From: Nitrospinota bacterium
GTDB taxonomy: Bacteria > JADFOP01
Length of the DNA: 33,321 bases
Direction of reading: 5' to 3'
Assembly: GCA_022562795.1 (NCBI GenBank)
Contig: JADFOP010000002.1
Span: 62,001-95,321, forward strand
In this document: piece by piece, positions 26,446 through 33,321 of the stretch
How the letters are laid out: each line of letters opens with the position of its first letter
How positions within the stretch are numbered: position 1 is the stretch's first letter
The notes under the pieces: model-generated
Database searches by the model: none
What the model saw: only the letters and a program-made list of their open reading frames with translations
Told to the model about the DNA's origin: nothing
Made by a program: the position numbers and the translations under genes

Positions 26446-26913
26446 GTGAAGTTTACCAGTCGCGGCCGGTACGCTGTGAGAGCGATGATTGATTTGGCCT
26501 ACCACACCCTGGAGCATCCCGTGAGCCTCGCCACCATTGCTGTGCGGCAGGGGATTTCGCAGCACTACCTGGAGCAGCTCTTCGTGCGGCTGCGTCGGGC
26601 GGAGCTGGTCCGAAGCGTGCGCGGGCCCGGCGGAGGCTACTTTCTAGCTAAAGAACCCATAGCGATCTCCGTACGCGACATCTTCCTGGCCGTAGACGAG
26701 TCCCTCAGCACTCCGGAGTGCGAAAAGTTGACCAATCCCGACCAGGAGCCCTGTGACCGACTCGACGAATGCGTCTCCCGAGTCATTTGGAAGAGGGTGG
26801 CCGATCAGGTGGCCCAGGCCCTTAACTCCGTCAGCCTCGAAGACCTGTGCATGGAGCGCGAGAAGCTCGACAAGAGCGAAGTCTTTTCCCACACTTACGG
26901 TTTCAACATCTAG
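26446..26913 (+). CDS. Rrf2 family regulator, IscR-like with three clustered Cys
   Basis: GRYAVRAMIDLA, RQGISQHYLEQLF, SVRGPGGGY, C-x10-C-x5-C, tail HTYGFNI; GTG start behind AAGGAG. Confidence 0.9.
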   Translation: MKFTSRGRYAVRAMIDLAYHTLEHPVSLATIAVRQGISQHYLEQLFVRLRRAELVRSVRGPGGGYFLAKEPIAISVRDIFLAVDESLSTPECEKLTNPDQEPCDRLDECVSRVIWKRVADQVAQALNSVSLEDLCMEREKLDKSEVFSHTYGFNI

Positions 26914-26930
26914 GGGGCTTATCCAGGGCG

Positions 26931-28082
26931 ATGAACGTCGGCGTGGGGGTTTCGATAAGCCGCGATGGCGCCGCCGCCGCGGCGCGAGAGGCTGCCGAGC
27001 AGGCCTTGAAGCAGGCAGGCCGGCCTAGGGCTGATGCCGCCTTGTGCTTTGCGACGCCGGATTACTTTTCTGAGGCTGACGTCCTCCTAGATGCGCTCCA
27101 GATGGCGTGCGGCACAGAATTGGTAGTGGGCGCCAGCGGCGCCGGCGTCCTGACGTCCAGGGATGAGGTGGAGGGCGCTCGGGGCGTGGTGGTCTTAACC
27201 CTCGCCTCCGAGCGGGTCGGCACGAGGCCTGTGGAGGCCTCGAACATCAACGAGGTCGGCGAGGTATGGCAAAAGAGCGTGGGTGAGGTGCCCCACGAGA
27301 CCAGCCTCTTCGTTTGTCTCTCCGACACGAACGCCATCGCCCCCGAGGAGCTACTTGCAACCATGAACGAGGTCTCTCCGGGACTGCCAGTCGTCGGGGG
27401 GGGAAGCTGCGACGATGGCTCCGGTGAGCGCGCCTTCCAGTTTGGTCCGGGAGGGGTGGTGCAGGGAGCTGTGGTCGGTTTGGCGCTTACCGGGGTGGAA
27501 GTGGACGTGGGCGTCACCCAGGCCTGCGCTCCTCTGTGTGAGCCCTATGTCATCACTCGATCTGAAGGCTCTATCGTCTTAGAACTCGGCGGTCGGCCGG
27601 CCGTCGAGGTGTTGGCCGAGGTGGTCCGGGGTCGCGACCTGAGCCGGGGGGTCTTCGCCGGCCTATCCTGCGTCGATACCCAGAGCTTCGGGCATGGGGA
27701 GTTCGTGGTCCGACCGATAACGGGTCTAGACACTTCCTGGAACAGCTTTACAGTGGCGTCGGAAATCACCGAGGGCCAGTCCCTCGTCTTTGCTATGCGC
27801 GACCCCAAGGCGGCCCGCCAGGACCTGGAGCGGCTGCTGGGGCTTAAGAGCCCGTTTGCCCGCGGAGGGTCCGGCCCGGCCTTCGGTCTCTACTTCAACT
27901 GTTGCAGCCGGGGTCGCGGCCTGTACGGCCAGAGCGGGGTCGATACGGCTCTTCTGGGGGCTTACCTGGGCGCTCTGCCGGTGGCCGGCCTATTTACGGG
28001 CCTGGAGTTTGCTCCCGTGGCCGGCCGAAATCGTCTCCAACTCTTCTCAGGGGTGCTGGCCCTCGTTCGCCCCGCCGAGTGA
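26931..28082 (+). CDS. FIST N/C domain protein (NosP-like)
   Basis: VVGASGAG, PVVGGGS, GVTQAC.P, ITRSEG..V.ELGGRPA, GLYFNCCSRG, AGLF...EFAP. Confidence 0.85.
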   Translation: MNVGVGVSISRDGAAAAAREAAEQALKQAGRPRADAALCFATPDYFSEADVLLDALQMACGTELVVGASGAGVLTSRDEVEGARGVVVLTLASERVGTRPVEASNINEVGEVWQKSVGEVPHETSLFVCLSDTNAIAPEELLATMNEVSPGLPVVGGGSCDDGSGERAFQFGPGGVVQGAVVGLALTGVEVDVGVTQACAPLCEPYVITRSEGSIVLELGGRPAVEVLAEVVRGRDLSRGVFAGLSCVDTQSFGHGEFVVRPITGLDTSWNSFTVASEITEGQSLVFAMRDPKAARQDLERLLGLKSPFARGGSGPAFGLYFNCCSRGRGLYGQSGVDTALLGAYLGALPVAGLFTGLEFAPVAGRNRLQLFSGVLALVRPAE

Positions 28083-28127
28083 TGATTCCCACCCAAGCTT
28101 CAGGCGCTGGCGAAGACGATTGACCTT

Positions 28128-29300
28128 ATGCGGACAATTATTCTCTCTCTCTCGATGAGCCTCGTGGCGGTACTGGCTGCCCCGGGATATGCTGGCAATC
28201 GCGCGGTGGACGGCGTGAGGGCCGAAACCAGGGCGCTCTGGGTCACGCGCTGGGACTACAAGACCCCCGATGACATCCGTCTAATAATGGAGCGGGCCTG
28301 GGTGGCTCACTTCAACGTCATCTTTTTCCAGGTCAGGGGCAACGCCGACGCCTTCTACGACTCGCGCTACGAGCCGTGGGCGGAAGAGCTCGGCGGCCGC
28401 CATCCGGGCTTTGACCCTCTGAGCGTGGCCATCCAGGAAGCGCACCGCAGGGGCCTGGAGCTCCACGCCTACATAAACGTATTGACCGGATGGAAGGGCT
28501 CGGCGCCACCACGCTCAACGCTCCACCTCTGGAGGACGCATCATGGGTGGTTTACCCGCAATGTCGACGGCATCCCCCAGCCCTTGGGCAACGGGTATCT
28601 TCAGGTGACGCCCGGGATGAGGTCCGTGAGGGACCACATCGTGAACGTTGTGGCCGACATCGTCCGGCGCTATCCGGTCGACGGCATCCACCTCGACTAC
28701 GTCCGTTACCTCTCTGAGCGCTACAGCTACGACCCGGTCAGCGTGTCGGCCTTCCGCCGGGCCACCGGCCGCCACCCGGCCGATCTCCCCGGGTCTTGGC
28801 AGACCTACCGCCGCGACCTTGTTAACCGGCTGGTTAGGAGGATTCGCGAAACCATGCGAGCCATCAAGCCATCCCTGCCTCTGTCGGCGGCGGTGTTGGG
28901 CCGCATTGAGGAGGCCAGGGCCACCTACGGCCAAGACGTCGCTCATTGGTTGGCCGAAGACCTCATCGACGTAAGCTACCCCATGATTTATGAGAAGAGC
29001 CCGCGGGCCTTCGCCGCCCAGCTTGCCGACCACATCCGAGCCAGCCCCGGCAAGCCCGTCTACCCGGGCATCGGCCTCTATCGTCACGATAGGGCCTCCC
29101 AGACGATTCGCCAAATCGAGATGGCCCGCACATTAGGCGCCCGGGGCTTTGCCGTCTTCGACTACCGGAGCCTCTTCGGGGTCATAGATGCAGACGGCGG
29201 CTCTGCATACGTGAAGCCCGGCGTCGGCCCGAGGATTTTACGGTCCCTCCTTAAAGGCCCCCTGGCCGAGATTGTTCCGCCGGCGGGGATCGAATATTAA
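28128..29300 (+). CDS. Glycoside hydrolase-like family 10 (GHL10, YddW-like) exported protein
   Basis: Signal peptide, RALWV, FFQVRG.ADAFY.S, FDPL...I.EAH.RGLELHAY, YPVDGIHLDYVRY, PMIY. Confidence 0.85.
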   Translation: MRTIILSLSMSLVAVLAAPGYAGNRAVDGVRAETRALWVTRWDYKTPDDIRLIMERAWVAHFNVIFFQVRGNADAFYDSRYEPWAEELGGRHPGFDPLSVAIQEAHRRGLELHAYINVLTGWKGSAPPRSTLHLWRTHHGWFTRNVDGIPQPLGNGYLQVTPGMRSVRDHIVNVVADIVRRYPVDGIHLDYVRYLSERYSYDPVSVSAFRRATGRHPADLPGSWQTYRRDLVNRLVRRIRETMRAIKPSLPLSAAVLGRIEEARATYGQDVAHWLAEDLIDVSYPMIYEKSPRAFAAQLADHIRASPGKPVYPGIGLYRHDRASQTIRQIEMARTLGARGFAVFDYRSLFGVIDADGGSAYVKPGVGPRILRSLLKGPLAEIVPPAGIEY

Positions 29301-29326
29301 AGAACTGTGGGAGGCTTGAGCGCGGA

Positions 29327-30697
29327 GTGCGTATGATGATCATTTGGCGTTGCTTGCGGGTCGTTTATGGGGCCGCCGCTGTCATGGTGGTGGCCGTCCT
29401 GCTTGCCTCGGGGCCGGCCTACGGCCAGCTCGGGGGCCTCTTCGGGTTTACCGAAGACCAAGAGGTCGAACTAGGCCGGCGCGCCGCGCTGGAGGTCGAG
29501 CGGGAGTTCCCGCTCCTGGACGACCCCGACGTGGTCGCCTACATCGAAAAAATCGGACGGAAGCTCGTGGCCGTAAGCGGACGGGCGAACATCCCCTACA
29601 CCTTTAAGGTCGTCGATTTAGAGCAGGTCAACGCCATATCCCTGCCCGGAGGCTACGTCTATGTCTTCCGGGGCCTCATCCTTGCGGCGGACGAGGAGAG
29701 CGAGCTCGCCGGGGTGATGGCCCACGAGGTGGGCCACATCGTCGCGCGACACGGGGTCGAGCAGCTCAAGCGGAGCCAACTGTTCGGCCTCGGGGCCGCC
29801 GTTTTCGGCCAGATTCTCGGAGGGGGCGCTAAGAGTGGGTCCGGCCCCAGCATAGGAGAGCTGGCTGTCAACCTGATCGGCACCGGGGCCTATCGCTCCT
29901 TCAGCCGCGAGGCCGAGACCGAGGCCGACCGGTTGGGGGTCCGAATCCTCTATGACGCCGGCTACACGCCGACCAGCTTCGTAACCTTCCTGGATAAGCT
30001 CGACGCCCGCAAGGGCCGAGACCCGCTGTCCCTCCGCGATTTCTTCTCCACCCATCCGTCTCCCGCCCAGCGGCGGGCCAATGTAGGAGGGCTCATCGCC
30101 CGACTCCCCACTAGGCCCGACGCGGTGCGCGACACACGCCGCTTCCAGCTCGTCAAGCAGCTCGTCTCCGGGCTGACCCCTCCCCGGCGCGCGGATGCGC
30201 CTCCCCCTGCCAGGCCGGGCCGGCTCACGCGGGTGACGAGCTACCGGGCCACCCCGGGCGAGAGGGGGCTTCATTCATATTCGGATGAGACGGGCCGCCA
30301 GCTAATTGACGGCCAATACGGCACCGATGAGGTCGACTCCGACCTTGGAAGCGGGCGGGGCTACGAGTGGATAGCGTGGAGGAAGTCCAATCCCCGGATC
30401 GTCTTCGACCTCGGCCGCCCTCAAAGGGTCCGCGCCGTCCGCATCCACATCAACCGCCGCTCCGACCGCAGGATCGAGCCACCCAAGACCGTGCGCATTT
30501 TCTTCAGCTCCGACGGCAGATCGATCAACTACAGCCGGGTCAAGTCCACGACGCAGATAATCTTCCTCGACGGCCGAAGCCGCTCGATCCGTATCTCGAC
30601 CCCCGGGGCCGTGGGCCGCTACGTGGCCGTGGAGCTTACAGACGGCGACCCCCAGAGTTGGATCTTCGTCGACGAGATACTCCTCGAAGCGGGCTGA
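29327..30697 (+). CDS. M48 family metalloprotease with C-terminal discoidin/F5-8C-like domain
   Basis: VNAISLPGG, ELAGVMAHEVGH, FSREAETEAD, STHP; Pro/Arg linker; then LIDG..WIAW..IVFDLG..GRYV..WIFVDEI. Confidence 0.85.
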   Translation: MRMMIIWRCLRVVYGAAAVMVVAVLLASGPAYGQLGGLFGFTEDQEVELGRRAALEVEREFPLLDDPDVVAYIEKIGRKLVAVSGRANIPYTFKVVDLEQVNAISLPGGYVYVFRGLILAADEESELAGVMAHEVGHIVARHGVEQLKRSQLFGLGAAVFGQILGGGAKSGSGPSIGELAVNLIGTGAYRSFSREAETEADRLGVRILYDAGYTPTSFVTFLDKLDARKGRDPLSLRDFFSTHPSPAQRRANVGGLIARLPTRPDAVRDTRRFQLVKQLVSGLTPPRRADAPPPARPGRLTRVTSYRATPGERGLHSYSDETGRQLIDGQYGTDEVDSDLGSGRGYEWIAWRKSNPRIVFDLGRPQRVRAVRIHINRRSDRRIEPPKTVRIFFSSDGRSINYSRVKSTTQIIFLDGRSRSIRISTPGAVGRYVAVELTDGDPQSWIFVDEILLEAG

Positions 30698-30818
30698 GTC
30701 GCGTCGCCCAGACCCTGCCCGGCCACCTCCTCCTTTCCCTGCCCTGATTCTCCCTGGAGCGCTAAGCCTCCATGTGGTACCATGAGGCCCCTCTATGGGC
30801 GCGATCGGAGGAGCTACC

Positions 30819-32135
30819 GTGCGCATCGCTTTTAAAACCCTTGGCTGCAAGCTCAACCAGGTAGAGACCAACATCATGCGGGAGGCCTGTCGGGGGAGCA
30901 TGATGGAGGTGGTCCCCTTCGAGGACGAGGCCGACGTCTACGTGGTCAACACCTGCAGTGTGACGGGAAAGACCGACCGTGTGGCCCGCCAGCTGGTCCG
31001 GCGGGCGGCGGGGCAAAACCCGGAGGCGGCCATCGTCGTCACCGGTTGCTACGCGCAGCTACAGCCCGAGGCCCTGGCGGACCTGCCGGGGGTGAGGCTC
31101 GTGCTCGGAAACGAGGAGAAACACGACCTGCTCCACTACCTCGCGACCATGGAGGAGAACGGCCCAGGGGCCCACATAGCGGTGGGCGACATTGGGCACG
31201 CGAAGGAGTTCCGCTCTGCCCCCCTTCGGAGCTTCACGGGCTACACCAAGGCATTCGTCAAGATTCAGACCGGCTGCGACTTCCGTTGCACCTTCTGCTC
31301 CATCTGGACGGCGCGGGGCCCGAGCCGAAGCGAGCCGCCCGACCGAGTGCTGGAGCAGATGGCGGAGCTCGTCCAATCAGGGGTCAGGGAGATGGCCGTA
31401 ACGGGGGTCTGCATCGGCTCCTACGGCCTCGACCTATCGCCCCCGACCACGCTGGCGGCCCTCGTTAGGATGACCGAGGGGGTGGAGGGCCTGGAGCGGC
31501 TCAGGATCACCTCGATCGAGCCTACGGAGTTGACCGACGAGCTGCTGGAAACCATGGCCACCTCCCCGCTCGTGTGCCGCCACCTTCACGTCCCCCTTCA
31601 GAACGGCTCCGACCGGGTCCTGGAAGGCATGAACCGAAACTACCGAACCGACTTCTACCGGGGCCGGATCGAAGCTGCGGCGGCGCTGATGCCCGGCGCC
31701 GGAATCGGGGCCGACGTCATGGTGGGCTTTCCGGGCGAATCCGACGAGGACTTCGAGGAGACGATGGCTTTCATCGAGAGGCTTCCCATGACCTACCTCC
31801 ACGTCTTCAGCTACTCCCCCCGGCGCGGCACCCCCGCCGCCGAGCGGCCCGACCAGGTTGACCCACAGGTGAAGAAGGAGCGCTCGAAGCGCCTGAGATC
31901 CCTCGGCGAGGCCAAGCGCCGGGCCTTCATGGCCGACCAGGTAGGCCGAACGGTCCCGGTGCTCGTCGAGTCGACCCGAGACCGGAGCACCGGTCTCCTC
32001 AAGGGCTGGTCGGACACCTACGTCAAGGTCCACCTGGATGGGCCCGATGCGTGGATGGGCCGGGTCGTACCGGTGGAAGTCGCGGCCCATGCGGACGGCC
32101 ACCTCGAGGGAGTGGGGGTCGGGCAGGGCGCCTAG
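30819..32135 (+). CDS. mtaB: tRNA t6A37 methylthiotransferase MtaB
   Basis: TLGCKLNQ.E, NTCSVT, VTGCYAQ, KIQTGCDFRCTFC, SIEP, LHVFSYSPRRGT; GTG start behind GGAGGAG. Confidence 0.92.
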   Translation: MRIAFKTLGCKLNQVETNIMREACRGSMMEVVPFEDEADVYVVNTCSVTGKTDRVARQLVRRAAGQNPEAAIVVTGCYAQLQPEALADLPGVRLVLGNEEKHDLLHYLATMEENGPGAHIAVGDIGHAKEFRSAPLRSFTGYTKAFVKIQTGCDFRCTFCSIWTARGPSRSEPPDRVLEQMAELVQSGVREMAVTGVCIGSYGLDLSPPTTLAALVRMTEGVEGLERLRITSIEPTELTDELLETMATSPLVCRHLHVPLQNGSDRVLEGMNRNYRTDFYRGRIEAAAALMPGAGIGADVMVGFPGESDEDFEETMAFIERLPMTYLHVFSYSPRRGTPAAERPDQVDPQVKKERSKRLRSLGEAKRRAFMADQVGRTVPVLVESTRDRSTGLLKGWSDTYVKVHLDGPDAWMGRVVPVEVAAHADGHLEGVGVGQGA

Positions 32136-32143
32136 GAGCAGGA

Positions 32144-32962
32144 GTGGTACACACCCTCCGTCCCATAAATCCCATAATAACTCTGATCACCGACTTCGGC
32201 CTGGCTGACCCCTACGTTGGAACCATGAAGGGGGTGATGGTCTCCATCAACCCCCTGGTGCGCCTCATTGACATCACCCACGAGGTCACGGGCCACGACG
32301 TCCTCGAGGCGGCGCTCATCCTCCAGGCTTCCTACCGCTACTTTCCGGAGGGGACGGTCCACCTGGTCGTCGTAGACCCGACGGTCGGAAGCGAAAGGCG
32401 GCCCATCCTCGCGCTCACCGACCGCTACGCCTTCGTGGGGCCCGACAACGGCGTGCTCTCGCCCGCTCTCGGCGACCCCACCTTCCAGCGGTGCATCGAG
32501 CTCACGGCCCGGCGCTACTTCCTCGATGAGATAGGCTCGACCTTCCACGGCCGCGACATCTTCGCCCCCGTGGCGGCCTGGCTCGCCAAGGGCGTGGAGC
32601 CGGAGGCCTTCGGCGAGGAGATTGACGACTTCGTCCAGCTACCGATCCCCGAGGCGACCGTGGGTGAGGAGGCCATCGAGGGCCGGATAATATACATAGA
32701 CCGGTTCGGAAACCTCGTCTCCAACATAACCCACCGGATGATCGAGACGCTCCAGGCGCGGACGGGCCGCCAGAAGGTGGCCATCCACATCGCCGGGCGC
32801 TCCATCGGGCGCATCATGCCCTCCTACGAGGCCGGCTCCACCGCCGAGCCGGGCGCCGTCATCAACTCCTGGGGCAACCTGGAGATTTTCGTAAAGCGCG
32901 CAGACGCCTCCTCCCTCCTCAGCGTCCGCCGGGGAGAGCCCGTCGTAGTGAGGGTGGGGTAG
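32144..32962 (+). CDS. SAM hydroxide adenosyltransferase (DUF62, chlorinase/fluorinase superfamily)
   Basis: ITLITDFG..DPYVG.MKG, VVDPTVGSER, GPDNG, STFHGRDIFAP, IDRFGN; Asp/Arg/His triad motifs present. Confidence 0.88.
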   Translation: MVHTLRPINPIITLITDFGLADPYVGTMKGVMVSINPLVRLIDITHEVTGHDVLEAALILQASYRYFPEGTVHLVVVDPTVGSERRPILALTDRYAFVGPDNGVLSPALGDPTFQRCIELTARRYFLDEIGSTFHGRDIFAPVAAWLAKGVEPEAFGEEIDDFVQLPIPEATVGEEAIEGRIIYIDRFGNLVSNITHRMIETLQARTGRQKVAIHIAGRSIGRIMPSYEAGSTAEPGAVINSWGNLEIFVKRADASSLLSVRRGEPVVVRVG

Positions 32963-33045
32963 GGGGGCGGTCCTGCGAAAGAAAGCTTGCGCTGTTTCAC
33001 CGAATCTTGTAGCATTTTGTAAATCTCATTTTTCGTTATCAAAAT

Positions 33046-33319
33046 GTAGGGGCAGCCTTTATGGCTGTCCGCGGACAGGGACAAGCCCTGTCCCCGTACA
33101 ACTAAGCTATTCTGCCCGCCACCGGGCGGCTGTGACGATGGGTGAAAACCCCTCTTCCTCCTCAGGCTGCCAGGCGGCGGGTATTTTTATGCGGAAATAA
33201 GGTGTCGGGGTCAGGAGGTCGCAAGCGACCTTTGGTCGCCCGACTACCCATATATAAACCCTCTCCGTACACACGACCCGGCCTTCATACCCACGGACCG
33301 GGGTAAACCCTGTCCCTAC
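33046..33319. repeat. REP-like GTAG hairpin repeats, three copies
   Basis: Plus strand 33046-70 GTAGGGGCAGCC-TTTAT-GGCTGTCC; minus strand 33073-99 GTACGGGGACAGGG-CTTGT-CCCTGTCC; minus strand 33295-319 GTAGGGACAGGG-TTTAC-CCCGGTCC. Confidence 0.7.
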
Positions 33320-33321
33320 AG

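Noticed and set aside
32144-32962. Fluorinase/chlorinase (halogenase)
   Set aside because: It keeps the Asp-Arg-His hydrolase motifs (VVDP..GSER, TFHGRD) and has no halometabolite gene context.
363-33084. Many antisense or alternate-frame ORFs (e.g. 6423-7055, 13861-14535, 14480-15178, 23498-24223, 29618-30274, 31434-32102)
   Set aside because: Shadow ORFs over well-supported genes, expected at high GC, with no recognisable motifs.
33046-33321. CRISPR array
   Set aside because: Copies are inverted, degenerate and irregularly spaced; no cas genes.

Overview
GC-rich chromosomal window from a diderm bacterium, with no phage, integrase, transposase or CRISPR array visible. The left half is housekeeping and envelope genes: a truncated S41 protease (ctpA-like), envC, ftsX, ftsE, a TPR protein, HU, recJ, dacB, a peptide/nickel ABC binding protein with two permeases, a small diheme cytochrome c lipoprotein, a GT-C-like membrane protein, a thiD-thiN fusion, a hypothetical gene and lpdA. 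The centre (about 18.8-28.1 kb) is the most interesting part, a sulfur amino acid locus. cysK follows a promoter overlapped by an IscR-type operator. A SAM-I riboswitch with terminator then precedes a threonine-synthase-like PLP enzyme, a ubiquitin-like sulfur carrier ending GG-SC, two rhodaneses (one apparently exported), CysM, two stand-alone NIL proteins, a MoeB-like enzyme, a JAMM/Mec protease, an IscR-like Rrf2 regulator with a CymR-like tail and a FIST protein. I infer a protein-thiocarboxylate route to homocysteine/methionine and possibly cysteine. The right end holds a GHL10 hydrolase, an M48 protease fused to a discoidin-like domain, mtaB, a DUF62 SAM hydrolase and GTAG-type REP-like hairpins. 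All calls come from reading motifs by eye; no searches were run.
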